Notes: a model not told the origin generated them from the sequence alone. A stretch of 64,000 nucleotides of DNA from an uncultured Peptococcaceae bacterium (GCA_965149945.1 CBCTTQ010000001.1:60637-124636); one strand, 5' to 3'. Numbered from the stretch's first letter, positions 40,163 to 52,304 are shown. A program made the numbers and translations.

Positions 40163-41281
40163 ATGTCAGCGTCAGAAGAAAACGCAGCGAAAACAACAGA
40201 ACAAACTATCGTCGATTCTCCGTCGGCAACAACTGCCGAAGAAAGGGAAAATTTATCGATAAACGAAACGGCAGCCGCCGACCGAGGAACGACAGGCAAA
40301 GGCAGACGGGGTGAACGAATCAAACAAAAAACCGGCGAGGTAATGCACCGAGCTAAAGCCGCTCAAACCGCCTATCAGGAAAAAATGGCACAGTATCCGC
40401 CGGAACGCCAGCGCCAGAAAAAAGTTATCAGTCTGAGTCATGTTATGATGATTCTGATTGGTAACTTTGTGGTAGCCTTCGGCTTCCAGGGCTTTGTTTC
40501 CGCCAACAATTTTTTTTCCGGCGGCGCCTACGGGTTGGCGGGTATTTTGAATCATTATCTGCCGGCGATCAGTTTTTCCATGGCGGTTTTTTTGTTCAGC
40601 GTACCCATGCTTATTGTGGGCTGGCTGAATGTGGATAAAAAATTTGTGGCGTTGACCGCCTTTTCCATCATCTTCCAGGTATTTATTTTGCGCCTGTTTG
40701 ACGGTGTTGTGATCTACCGCAATGACACTCTTCTTGCCGCCATTTTCGGTGGGGTGATGATGGGTCTGGGGGATGGGCTGGTACTGCGGGGCGGCAGCGG
40801 TACCAACGGTATCCATCTGGTGGCCATGACGCTGAAAAAAAGACTGGGGCTTTCCGTCAGCACCATCACCATGTCTTTGAATCTGATCATTGTTTGTTGC
40901 TCCGCGGCCATCTTTGGGCTGGAGCGCGGCTTATATACATTGATTTTGATTTTTGTCGCCAGTCGGGTTATCTCCATGGTGATCGACGGCATGAGCCGCA
41001 AACGAACCGCTTTCATCGTTACCGCCCACGGAGAGGAAATCGGCGATCAGTTGATGGATTTTCTGAATCGCGGGGTTACGATGATGCCGGGAATCGGCTT
41101 ATACAGCGGTCATCAGACCGATGTGCTCTTTTGTGTGGTCAATGTGCTGGAGGTGGCAAAGCTGAAAAATATTGTGCGGGACATCGATCCTCACGCCTTT
41201 ATCACTGTTTATGAGACGGCGGAGGTAGCGGGGCATTTCAGCAAAAACTCGCTGCTCTTTGACAAGCGCTCCGACGAGTGA
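40163..41281 (+). CDS. YitT-family membrane protein (DUF161 + DUF2179)
   Basis: Polytopic N-terminal domain plus C-terminal DUF2179-like ..TVYETAEV.. Start at the ATG at 40163, 7 nt after AAAGGAG. Has a 50-aa Glu/Thr-rich N-terminal tail. Confidence 0.75.
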   Translation: MSASEENAAKTTEQTIVDSPSATTAEERENLSINETAAADRGTTGKGRRGERIKQKTGEVMHRAKAAQTAYQEKMAQYPPERQRQKKVISLSHVMMILIGNFVVAFGFQGFVSANNFFSGGAYGLAGILNHYLPAISFSMAVFLFSVPMLIVGWLNVDKKFVALTAFSIIFQVFILRLFDGVVIYRNDTLLAAIFGGVMMGLGDGLVLRGGSGTNGIHLVAMTLKKRLGLSVSTITMSLNLIIVCCSAAIFGLERGLYTLILIFVASRVISMVIDGMSRKRTAFIVTAHGEEIGDQLMDFLNRGVTMMPGIGLYSGHQTDVLFCVVNVLEVAKLKNIVRDIDPHAFITVYETAEVAGHFSKNSLLFDKRSDE

Positions 41282-41795
41282 GCGGGTTTTTCTCTTCTTT
41301 TTCGCGTTTTCGCCGCGGGGATTTCTTGAGGAAGGGATTTTCGCGGAAACTTCGGCAAAAAGGAACTGCCGTTTGCCGCATAAAAAATTGCAAGACAGCC
41401 AAATCGATACGAAGAGGGGCGGCGTTTCCCCTCTTCCTTTGTAAAAGTTCGGTTTAAGAATCCCGATTTTTTCTTTTTCGCCTGACTCAAGCTTTGTCGC
41501 GGTAGGAGCGGGTTTGAATGGCGCGGCAGTCTTTTTCGGAATAAACAGGAGGGGAGGCTCGTCTGTCCAAATCAGCGAATCTCTCGAAAAAAACGGAAAT
41601 TCGTCTGTTTTTCTCTGGCGATGAGCAGGAAACGAAGCGCTGACCGTGTGGGCGCTTTTTGCCCTTTTAACCGCCGAAGAAAATCAAGTAACCAAGAAAA
41701 CAAGTTGGCGCCGCGATGATCGAAGGGCTTCATTGAAAGGAACTTCTTGTCATTGTTTGTTTCATCGTTGTTTTTTTGCTTGTGTGATGATTGAA

Positions 41796-41827
41796 CCTTC
41801 GCTCCATTGACGTCAATGGAGCGAAGG
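41796..41827. repeat. 32-bp perfect palindrome CCTTCGCTCCATTGACGTCAATGGAGCGAAGG followed by a T-rich run
   Basis: Exact inverted repeat centred on GACGTC, followed by GATATATTTTCGCGTATTTTTTTTG. Terminator-like on the plus strand, 500 bp after yitT. Confidence 0.5.
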
Positions 41828-41945
41828 GATATATTTTCGCGTATTTTTTTTGAAGAGACGCTTTTGGCGGAGAAGATTTTTTCGTCAAGTTGATAAAACG
41901 CCGTGAAAAGCCATCCCCGAAGGGATGGCTTTGCTTTTAAAAGGA

Positions 41946-44609
41946 TTAAGAAGGGTCTTTTTCTTTGGTTTCTTTGGCACGGTCGGCGGCGTCTTGGGCG
42001 GCCCGTTCTGTCAAAATGGTCATTTGTTCCGCCATTTTTTCCGGATCTCCGGTCATGTCGCCGGCATAGGTTCTGCCGCTGTCGGTGCCGATGATCTGCC
42101 GCTTGTTTTCGACGGCGGGGACATTGGTGTCTTCATGGTTGTTGCCCCGTCCTCGTACCTGTTTTTTTTCGTTTTTTTCGTGGGAGATTACTTTTGCCAC
42201 ATCGATGACTTTATCACCGTCGGCCAGATTCATCAAGGTGACGCCCTGCGTCATCCGCCCCTGTTCCGAAATATCATCGGCGTTGATGCGGATGATGATG
42301 CCGTTTTTGGTGATTAACATCAATTCATCACCGTCTTTGACCAGCTGCGCGGAAACCAGATGGCCGGTTTTTTCATTGCAGCGCAGGGTGTAGACGCCTT
42401 TGCCGCCGCGGGTGATGCGGCGATAGTTGGATTCGTTGAGTTCGGTACGTTTTCCGAAGCCGTTCTCCGAAACTACCATCAGGTAAGATTGTTCGGCGGC
42501 TTTGCAAAGGGCCACTACACGGTCGTCTTCATTCAAGGTGATGCCTTTGACCCCTCTGGTGACTCGTCCCATGGGCCGCACATCCACTTCGCTGAAACGG
42601 ATGGCCATGCCGTGGGCGGTGGACAGTACCATGTCGTCCGCGCCGTTGGTAAATTGGGCGCCGATCAATTCATCGTTTTCATCCAGATTGATGGCGATGA
42701 TGCCGTTGTTGCGGCTGTGAAAGTCATTTAAAGAGGTTTTCTTTACGATGCCGTTCCGGGTGGCCATGAAGAGATAACCCTTTTGCTCAAAATTCTGGAT
42801 AGGAATCACCGTCTTCGGTTTTTCATTGCCCGCTAAAGGCAGCAGATTGATGAGGGCGGAGCCTTTGGCGGTGCGTCCCACTTCGGGGATTTCATGTACT
42901 TTCAGGCGGAAACAGCGCCCTTGGGTGGTGAATACCAGCAGGTAGTCATGGGTAGCGGCGATGAAAAGCTGTTCCACAAAATCCTCGTCTTTGGTGGTCA
43001 TTCCGGTGATGCCCCGTCCTCCCCGCCGCTGTTGGCGGTAGGTGTTCAGATTCATCCGTTTGATGTAACCGGCGTGGGAAATCGTGATGACCATATCTTC
43101 CTGGGCAATCAGATCTTCTTCTGTCAGTTGCCCTTCATCATTGGTAATCAGGGTGCGGCGTTCGTCACCGTATTTTTCCTTGATTTCCGTCAGCTGTTCT
43201 TTGATGATGCCGATGACCATGCGTTCGCTGGACAGCACCTGTTCCAAATAGGCGATTTGCTTGATCAACTCGTTGTATTCGTTTTCCACTTTGTCCCGTT
43301 CCAAACCGGTCAAAGCCCGCAGCCGCATGTCCAAAATGGCCTGTGCCTGGGGATCTGTCAGTCCGAAACGCTCCATCAGTTTGGTTTTGGCTTCGTCGGT
43401 GCTTTTGGCGGAGCGGATGGTGGAGACCACTTCGTCGATGTAGTCCAGCGCGATGCGCAGACCTTCCAGGATGTGGGCGCGTTTTTGCGCTTTTTTCAGG
43501 TCGAAACGGCAGCGTCTGGTGACAACTTCTTTCTGATGGTCGATATAATGCTGCAGCATGCTCTTTAAGGAGAGGGTTTGGGGTACCCCGTCCACCAGCG
43601 CCAGCATAATGGCGCCGAAAGTGTCCTGCAGCTGTGTGTGTTTATAGAGTTTGTTCAGCACGACCTTGCCGATGGCGTCTGTTTTTAATTCGATGACGAT
43701 ACGCATACCGTCTCGGCTGGTTTCGTCCCGCAGTTCGGAAATACCGTCGATTTTCTTTTCCCGTACCAGAAGGGCGATTTTTTCGATAAGACGCGCTTTG
43801 TTGACCAAATAGGGCAGTTCGGTGATGACGATGCGCTGGCGACCGCGGGAAGTGGTTTCAAAATGGCTTTTTGCGCGCATTTTGATCAGTCCGCGTCCCG
43901 TTTCATAGGCCTGCTTGATGCCGTCCTGTCCTAGAATCAAACCGGCGGTAGGAAAGTCCGGTCCTTTGATGTATTGCATCAGTCCCGCGGTGTCCAGTTG
44001 GGGGTCGTCCATCAGGGCGATAGCGGCGTTCGCCACTTCGTTCAAATTGTGGGGCGGGATGTTGGTAGCCATGCCCACGGCAATCCCCGACGAACCGTTT
44101 AAAAGCAGATTGGGGAAGGCGCAGGGCAATACGGTTGGCTCTTGCTCCAATCCGTCATAGTTAGGTACAAAATCCACCGTTTCCTTGTCGATGTCCCGCA
44201 TCATTTCCATGGCGAATTTTTGCAGACGGGCTTCGGTGTAACGCATGGCGGCCGCTTTGTCTCCGTCCACAGAACCGAAGTTGCCGTGACCGTCGATGAG
44301 GGGATACCGCATCACCCAGTCTTGCGCTAAACGCACCAGAGAATTATAAATTGCCGAGTCGCCGTGGGGATGATATTTCCCCATGATGTTACCGACGGAA
44401 CGAGCGGCTTTTTTGTAAGGTTTGTCCGGCGTGACGCCTTCTTCGTACATACCGTAGAGAATGCGGCGGTGAACCGGCTTCAGCCCGTCTTTGACATCGG
44501 GCAGGGCGCGGCCCACAATGACGCTCATGGAATAATCCAGATAAGCACGGCGCATCTCACTGCTGATTTCTTTTTGCAGGATGCTGCCTTCGATAAAGTT
44601 TTCTGCCAT
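41946..44609 (-). CDS. gyrA: DNA gyrase subunit A
   Basis: 887 aa. ..RRAYLDYSMSVIVGRALPDVKDGLKPVHRRILY.. with the active-site Tyr region, six C-terminal beta-pinwheel repeats, and an acidic C-terminal tail. Confidence 0.95.
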   Translation of the reverse strand: MAENFIEGSILQKEISSEMRRAYLDYSMSVIVGRALPDVKDGLKPVHRRILYGMYEEGVTPDKPYKKAARSVGNIMGKYHPHGDSAIYNSLVRLAQDWVMRYPLIDGHGNFGSVDGDKAAAMRYTEARLQKFAMEMMRDIDKETVDFVPNYDGLEQEPTVLPCAFPNLLLNGSSGIAVGMATNIPPHNLNEVANAAIALMDDPQLDTAGLMQYIKGPDFPTAGLILGQDGIKQAYETGRGLIKMRAKSHFETTSRGRQRIVITELPYLVNKARLIEKIALLVREKKIDGISELRDETSRDGMRIVIELKTDAIGKVVLNKLYKHTQLQDTFGAIMLALVDGVPQTLSLKSMLQHYIDHQKEVVTRRCRFDLKKAQKRAHILEGLRIALDYIDEVVSTIRSAKSTDEAKTKLMERFGLTDPQAQAILDMRLRALTGLERDKVENEYNELIKQIAYLEQVLSSERMVIGIIKEQLTEIKEKYGDERRTLITNDEGQLTEEDLIAQEDMVITISHAGYIKRMNLNTYRQQRRGGRGITGMTTKDEDFVEQLFIAATHDYLLVFTTQGRCFRLKVHEIPEVGRTAKGSALINLLPLAGNEKPKTVIPIQNFEQKGYLFMATRNGIVKKTSLNDFHSRNNGIIAINLDENDELIGAQFTNGADDMVLSTAHGMAIRFSEVDVRPMGRVTRGVKGITLNEDDRVVALCKAAEQSYLMVVSENGFGKRTELNESNYRRITRGGKGVYTLRCNEKTGHLVSAQLVKDGDELMLITKNGIIIRINADDISEQGRMTQGVTLMNLADGDKVIDVAKVISHEKNEKKQVRGRGNNHEDTNVPAVENKRQIIGTDSGRTYAGDMTGDPEKMAEQMTILTERAAQDAADRAKETKEKDPS

Positions 44610-44628
44610 CTGTTCTTCTCCTTTCTGA

Positions 44629-46848
<2,220 letters not shown>

Positions 46849-46953
46849 TTATCCCTGTAAAAGGCAGAGAAAAAATCACCGCGGAGGGTGATACAAAAAG
46901 GGACGATTTGAAGATTCCCAGCCGATAGATAACACATTCCTACTATATTATAT

Positions 46954-46982
46954 ATTATACATGATTTTCAAGGAAAAAGCAA
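46954..46982 (-). promoter_or_regulatory. putative gyrB promoter
   Basis: Minus strand: TTGCTT, 17-nt spacer, TATAAT, followed by ATATAATATAG. Lies about 250 nt upstream of the gyrB start. Confidence 0.4.
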
Positions 46983-47175
46983 GTTTTTCTCGGCGGCGCT
47001 GATGGTGTTTAACAGGTGTTTTGTCGAAAGAATGGGAAACTTCCCCTCTTCTTTTGCTTTTTCTTGAAAACGCGGGGAAAAAGAGTCTCACGTTCTTGCC
47101 GAGAAATTTAAAAACATTGTTTCCCGTGAAGAATATTTTATTCAAGGGACAGCGTTTCCGCCGTCGTACCCGCCA

Positions 47176-47204
47176 TTGACGAACGGTGGAGATTGGTGTA
47201 AGAT
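47176..47204 (+). promoter_or_regulatory. putative promoter of the DUF1700/DUF4097 gene
   Basis: TTGACG, 17-nt spacer, TAAGAT. Confidence 0.35.
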
Positions 47205-47275
47205 GAGAGCAGATAAAAAGAACGGCAGGTGCGGTGAGAGCGCCTGACCGTCGGCCGACGCGGGAGGAAAAAGAA

Positions 47276-48997
47276 ATGGAAAAAAAAATTCAAGAAGCGG
47301 TGGCGGAGCGGTTTCGGGAAATTCCCCCGACGGAGATCAGCCGCGGGCTGGAAGAGGAATTGCTGCGAGAGGCCTTGGATCGTTATCACGATTATTTGGT
47401 GGACGGAAAAAAACCGGAATGGGCTTACCAAAAGACCATTGATCAAATCGGTGATGTGGCGGAATTGCTGCGCCGCAGAGAAGAAGTCAGCGGTCGGCGC
47501 GGTCAGGAGCGGATGCCTTTGGAAGAACTCCTTCGAGGCAAACGAAAGCAGGCGCTGTTGTTGGCGGCGGCGGTGTTTTTGTATATTAACTGCACCACTC
47601 CGGGGCAGATGTTAAACGCCGGCGGCGCCGCCGCCGGCGCGGTGGCTTTTTCTCTGTTCCTTTGTTTGGTAGCGGCGTCGGTTTTGATTACGCTGTATCA
47701 AAAGGCGCGTTTACCCAAATATACCGATATACCGGAGACCGAGACAGCAAACAAAGAACAGCGTCGCCGCTCTATCCCGCGGTTGGCGTCGGGTGCGCTT
47801 TTGCTGGTGGTGGCGTCACTGGTCGTTTTTTGGCCGGGCGGCGCGGCGGGAGACGCTTTGTTTTTTGTTCTGGCGGGGTTGGGCGTGGCGCTGCTGGTTT
47901 ATGACCGTGACAGCCGCCTGCTGTATTCCGAAAAAACGGGTCGGGTTAACGCCGCCTATGAAGCGTGGCGGCGGCGTCAGTCTTCTGCCGCCTGTTGTCT
48001 GCGTTGGTTTCGTTGTGTCGTTTGGCTGGCGGCGGCAGGCGCTTATTTACTTTTGAATTTGCGTTTGATGTCTTGGGCGGTGACTTGGTTGCTTTTTCCG
48101 CTGGCTTGGACTGTCTGCGCCGCCGCCAAAAGCCTCTTGACAGATCGGGATCGCCTGCGGATTATTCTCTGGTCGGCGCTCAGTCTGGCGTTGGCGATTG
48201 TGCTGGTGTCGGGACTTCTTTGGGGTGGTTCTTTGACAGAGGGGTTACGACTCAATGCCAGCAATGTCAGCTATGAACATGCCGAACAATATCAGGTGGG
48301 GGACGCGGAACTGGAAGCGCCGGTGCATCGCCTGCGAATCAATTGGCTGGACGGTCAAATTCGGGTGGAAGCCTATGAAGGAGATCAAGTAGAAATCAGC
48401 GAGGAAGGCGCCGAAAGCGAGGACGCTCGTCTTCGTTATTATTTGAATCAGGATGAACTGATCATTCAGTATTGCAAGTCCGGTTTGGGTATTTCTTCGT
48501 CGGTACCCCATGAAAAAAATTTGTTGATTCGTGTGCCGGCGGAACAACTGGCGGAGTTGGAAATCAGTTCCACCTCTGGTCAAACAAAACTCTGCGGTGT
48601 GCGGACGGAGCAATTGGTTTTAGATACGGTTTCCGGCGGGCTGACGGCGGAAGATGTATGGGCGAACAGTCTGGAAATCAATACGGTTTCCGGAGACGCG
48701 GTGTTCCGAGGCATTTGTGAGTCGGTGCTTTTTGATTCCACCTCGGGTAATTTGGAAATGGACTGTCAGCAGGAGCTGATGGCGTTGACGGCGGGCACCA
48801 TTTCCGGCGGGGTGACCTTGTATCTGCCGGCGGATACTACCGGTTTTACGGCAAGCCTTTCTTCGGTGAGCAGCGAGTTGGAGACAGATTTCTTTACCAC
48901 GGTTAATGATGACGGTCATCTCTACGGTGACGGCAGCGGTCAATATCGTCTGGACACGGTCAGCGGGGATTTCCGCGTTTTGCAAAGCCCTCGGTAA
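47276..48997 (+). CDS. membrane protein with DUF1700-like N-terminus and DUF4097 (putative adhesin, beta-helical) C-terminal domain
   Basis: Start at the ATG at 47276 (GGGAGG RBS). N-terminus ..ISRGLEEELLREALDRYHDYLVDGKKPEWAYQ.. is DUF1700-like, followed by about 6 TM helices. C-terminus has repeated ..LDTVSGG../..INTVSGD../..DSTSGN.. strands typical of DUF4097. Confidence 0.7.
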   Translation: MEKKIQEAVAERFREIPPTEISRGLEEELLREALDRYHDYLVDGKKPEWAYQKTIDQIGDVAELLRRREEVSGRRGQERMPLEELLRGKRKQALLLAAAVFLYINCTTPGQMLNAGGAAAGAVAFSLFLCLVAASVLITLYQKARLPKYTDIPETETANKEQRRRSIPRLASGALLLVVASLVVFWPGGAAGDALFFVLAGLGVALLVYDRDSRLLYSEKTGRVNAAYEAWRRRQSSAACCLRWFRCVVWLAAAGAYLLLNLRLMSWAVTWLLFPLAWTVCAAAKSLLTDRDRLRIILWSALSLALAIVLVSGLLWGGSLTEGLRLNASNVSYEHAEQYQVGDAELEAPVHRLRINWLDGQIRVEAYEGDQVEISEEGAESEDARLRYYLNQDELIIQYCKSGLGISSSVPHEKNLLIRVPAEQLAELEISSTSGQTKLCGVRTEQLVLDTVSGGLTAEDVWANSLEINTVSGDAVFRGICESVLFDSTSGNLEMDCQQELMALTAGTISGGVTLYLPADTTGFTASLSSVSSELETDFFTTVNDDGHLYGDGSGQYRLDTVSGDFRVLQSPR

Positions 48998-49068
48998 GGT
49001 TGGGTTTGTTCGGACGGAAATGTCTGCCGTTGAATCCCCCGATAATAAAAAATGAAGAAAAAGAATCC

Positions 49069-49104
49069 AAAAGGGAGCGTGTTTTAACACGCTCCCTTTT
49101 TACT
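49069..49104. terminator. bidirectional terminator between convergent genes (DUF4097 gene and metG)
   Basis: AAGGGAGCGTG-ttttaa-CACGCTCCCTT flanked by A-run and T-run. Confidence 0.6.
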
Positions 49105-49176
49105 TTGAAACGAGGAATATTCGGATGTCTGGGTACCCTTGATGGGCAACCCCTTGCTTTCTCTCGGGTTGATGAT

Positions 49177-51117
49177 TTATTTTACCTGTCCGCCGGGAAG
49201 GATGCTGGCGGGGACTTCCAGCACTTCCATTTCCCCGTTATGAGAGGCTGCCAGAATCATACCCTGGGACTCGATGCCCCGCAGCTTGGCGGGTTTCAGG
49301 TTGGCCACCAGCACCAGCTGCTTGCCCACCATTTCTTCGGGGGTGTAACGCTGGGCAATGCCGCTTACTACGGTGCGGGTTTCGGCGCCTACCTGCACTT
49401 CCATTTTCAGCAGTTTATCGGCTTTTTTCACCTTTTCACATTGCAGTACTTTGCAGACGCGGAAATCGATTTTGGCAAAATCCTCAATGGTGATTTCCGG
49501 TTTGATTGGTTCGAATTGTTTGGCGGCTTCCGCTTTGGCTTTAGCGGCGTCTTCCTCCGCCCACAATTTCTCCATTTCCGTCAAGTCGATTCTGGGGAAG
49601 ATGGGGTCGCCGCGGTTTACTTGAATATCCGCGGGGAATCCGCCCCATTTCAGGCTGTCCCAGGTTTTCACCTCTTCATGACCGACCAGTCCCATCTGCG
49701 CCCAGACTTTGTCCGGGGTGGAGGGCATGGTAGGACCGATGAGCACGGTGATGAAACGGATCACTTCCGCCAGATTATAAAGAACTGTTTGAAGTTTTTC
49801 TGTTTCGCCGGCTTTATTTAATGCCCACGGCGCGCAGTCGTCGATGTATTTGTTGGCTTTGCTTACCAGTTTCCAAACTTCGGAGATGGCGCCCGCCACG
49901 TCCGCTTTGTCGATGTAGGCGGCCATATTGTCGGGGGTGGCTTCCGCCAGCGCTTTCAGTTCGGCGTCAAATTCCGTTTCTGTGCCGGGGGCGGCGACAC
50001 GACCGCCACAGAATTTCTGAATCATGGAAGTGGTGCGGGAGATCAAATTGCCATAGTCATTGGCAAGATCGGTGTTAATGCGATTTACCAGAGCTTCTTC
50101 CGAATAAACGGCGTCCATGCCGTAGGCCATTTCTCGCAGCAGGAAGAAGCGAATGGCGTCCACGCCGTAGCGTTCTGTCAAAATCTTCGGGTCGACTACA
50201 TTGCCTTTGGATTTGCTCATCTTGCCGTCACTCATCAACAGCCAGCCGTGCGCCACTACTTTTTTCGGCAGCGGGATATCCATCGCCATTAGCATAATGG
50301 GCCAGATGATAGAATGGAAGCGAATGATGTCTTTGGCCATCAGGTGAATGTCGGCGGGCCAGTAAGTTTGATACAATTGATCGTGGTCGGTGCCGTATCC
50401 CAGGGCGGAGATGTAGTTGATCAGGGCGTCGAACCAAACATAGACCACATGTTTGTGGTCAAAGGGGACTTTGATGCCCCAGTCGAAGGTAGTACGGCTG
50501 ACGCATAAATCGTCCAGTCCTTGTTTGACAAAGTTGATCATCTCATTGCGGCGGGATTCCGGTTGGATGAAGTCGGGGTGGCTTTCGATGAATTCCAGCC
50601 AGCGGTCGGCGTATTTGCTCATTTTGAAGAAATAACTTTCTTCCTGGGTCAGTTCCACCGGGCGTCCGCAGTCGGGGCAGGTGTGGCCTTCGCCCAGCTG
50701 CCGCTCGGTGAAAAAGGTTTCGCAGGGAGTGCAGTACCAGCCGGAATATTGGGACTTGTAGATATCTCCCTGATCGTAAACTTTTTGGAACAGATTTTGC
50801 ACCACTTCTTCATGACGTCGGTCGGTGGTGCGGATGAAGTCGCTGTATTCAATGTTCATCAATTTCCAGAGATCTTTGACGCCGGAGACAATTTCGTCCA
50901 CAAACTCTTTGGGGGTTTTGCCGGCTTCGGCGGCTTTGCGTTGAATTTTCTGACCGTGTTCGTCGGTGCCGGTGAGAAAATAGGCGTCATAGCCTTGGAG
51001 TTTTTTGAAACGGGTGATGGTATCGGCAGCCACGGTGGTATAAGCATGGCCGATGTGCAAATTATCACTGGGGTAATAGATGGGGGTTGTGATATAGAAT
51101 TTCTTTCTTTCTGTCAT
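49177..51117 (-). CDS. metG: methionine--tRNA ligase
   Basis: 646 aa. HIGH (..YYPSDNLHIGHAYTTV..), KMSKS, Zn-knuckle CPDCGRP, and a C-terminal tRNA-binding (EMAP-like) domain. GGAGGAA RBS. Confidence 0.95.
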   Translation of the reverse strand: MTERKKFYITTPIYYPSDNLHIGHAYTTVAADTITRFKKLQGYDAYFLTGTDEHGQKIQRKAAEAGKTPKEFVDEIVSGVKDLWKLMNIEYSDFIRTTDRRHEEVVQNLFQKVYDQGDIYKSQYSGWYCTPCETFFTERQLGEGHTCPDCGRPVELTQEESYFFKMSKYADRWLEFIESHPDFIQPESRRNEMINFVKQGLDDLCVSRTTFDWGIKVPFDHKHVVYVWFDALINYISALGYGTDHDQLYQTYWPADIHLMAKDIIRFHSIIWPIMLMAMDIPLPKKVVAHGWLLMSDGKMSKSKGNVVDPKILTERYGVDAIRFFLLREMAYGMDAVYSEEALVNRINTDLANDYGNLISRTTSMIQKFCGGRVAAPGTETEFDAELKALAEATPDNMAAYIDKADVAGAISEVWKLVSKANKYIDDCAPWALNKAGETEKLQTVLYNLAEVIRFITVLIGPTMPSTPDKVWAQMGLVGHEEVKTWDSLKWGGFPADIQVNRGDPIFPRIDLTEMEKLWAEEDAAKAKAEAAKQFEPIKPEITIEDFAKIDFRVCKVLQCEKVKKADKLLKMEVQVGAETRTVVSGIAQRYTPEEMVGKQLVLVANLKPAKLRGIESQGMILAASHNGEMEVLEVPASILPGGQVK

Positions 51118-51415
51118 AACAGTTCCTCCTTCTGTTGGTTATCCGCGGGGTGAGCGGCAAAAAAAAACGCCCCTCTCTAGGGACGATGAAATCGTGGTAC
51201 CACCCTGGTTCGCTTTTGAGAAAGCCTCAGCGGATTGAAGTCCTCGGCGAATAACGGCGCCTGCCGTCCGCGGTTACGACCCCTGGGCGGGGATTCGCCG
51301 CGACCGCTCCCGAGCCATGTTCCCCTTTTTGTCCGCGGGAGGTTTCAGCTCCTCTCCCTCTCTGTAGCGGCACGCCAAAGGTACTCATCTCGTTCGCTGC
51401 GTTTTAGCATAATCT
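51118..51415 (-). promoter_or_regulatory. T-box riboswitch leader of metG (Met specifier)
   Basis: Minus-strand RNA carries the T-box motif AGGGUGGUACCACG (plus 51208-51193), followed by terminator CGUCCC-uagaga-GGGGCG and a U9 run. Stem I region has GA/AGUA elements and an AUG codon (..GGGGAACAUGGCU..). Confidence 0.8.
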
Positions 51416-51421
51416 ATTCTT

Positions 51422-51450
51422 ATTCTACCTGTCTGATGAGCGTTTGTCAA
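51422..51450 (-). promoter_or_regulatory. consensus sigma-A promoter of the metG T-box leader
   Basis: Minus strand: TTGACA (51450-51445), 17-nt spacer, TAGAAT (51427-51422). Confidence 0.55.
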
Positions 51451-51806
51451 TGGGGTGGGAAGCGGAAGCCGGTTTTTTTCTGTTTTCTTTTCGGGAGCGT
51501 GCGGTTTTTGCTATTGTCGGCGGAAAACGACCGGCGGGGATTTGGTTCGGGTCTTTGGTTGAGGCGGTTTCTTTTTGAGAATTTTACGCCGGGACGAAAA
51601 AATTTTTTTGAAAAATTTTTTATTTGTTTGGCGCTTTTTCGTGAAAAGGCAACGGAGGGTCTGCCCCGTCATCCGAAGAGAAAATTTCCCGTTTTTAGTG
51701 GGTTTTTTCGCAAAAATGGTAGAAAAAATTTGATGAAAAAAGTAAATTTTTTATTTCCTTTGTCAAAAGTAGTCGAAGAAAGCCAAAAGAATCTGGGTGT
51801 TTTCTA

Positions 51807-51835
51807 TTGAAATTCGATGGCGTTTGGTCTATAAT
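51807..51835 (+). promoter_or_regulatory. sigma-A promoter of the cold-shock protein gene
   Basis: TTGAAA, 17-nt spacer, TATAAT. Lies 30 nt upstream of the csp RBS. Confidence 0.55.
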
Positions 51836-51866
51836 GAGAGTGCAGTAAATTGCAAGGAGGTCTATC

Positions 51867-52064
51867 ATGAAAGGCAAAGTAAAATGGTTCAATGCGGAAA
51901 AGGGGTTTGGTTTTATCGAAAGAGCGGAAGGCGGCGATGTGTTTGTTCACTTTTCTGCTATTCAAGCCGACGGCTTTAAAACATTGGACGAAGGTCAAGA
52001 AGTTGAATTCGACGAAGTAGAAGGCGCCCGCGGCCCGCAGGCCGCCAATGTCGTGAAATTATAA
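51867..52064 (+). CDS. cold-shock protein (CspA family)
   Basis: 65 aa. [27 protein letters not shown] with RNP1/RNP2 motifs. Confidence 0.9.
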   Translation: MKGKVKWFNAEKGFGFIERAEGGDVFVHFSAIQADGFKTLDEGQEVEFDEVEGARGPQAANVVKL

Positions 52065-52154
52065 GCGGCTTTGTTCAGCTTCTTCGCTGATCTCATTTAT
52101 TGATCGTAATGAAAGCGTGTGGCGGGGCCCGCGCTTTTTTTGCAGAGCAAACAA

Positions 52155-52182
52155 AAAGCACGGAGTTTTCCGTGCTTTTTTG
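52155..52182 (+). terminator. rho-independent terminator of csp
   Basis: AAAGCACGGA-gttt-TCCGTGCTTT followed by a T-run. Confidence 0.55.
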
Positions 52183-52248
52183 ACGAATTGGTTTGGGAGG
52201 CATTGGCGGCTTTGGAACATTGATCCTGTTTCCTGTAACAGACAAAGA

Positions 52249-52279
52249 AAACCCGACATTCCGAAGGAGCGTCGGGTTT
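52249..52279 (-). terminator. terminator downstream of the ferritin gene
   Basis: Minus strand: AACCCGAC-loop-GTCGGGTT followed by TTCTTTGTCTG. Confidence 0.45.
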
Positions 52280-52304
52280 TTCATTTGCATAAGGGGGAAA
52301 GGGA

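Noticed and set aside
51235-51810. 191-aa plus-strand ORF
   Set aside because: Overlaps the metG T-box leader and promoter on the opposite strand. Arg/Ser/Leu-rich, no RBS.
52116-52142. Second possible csp terminator GCGGGGCCCGCGCTTTTTTT
   Set aside because: The GC palindrome cannot form a loop of 3 nt or more, so the 52155-52182 hairpin is taken as the real terminator.
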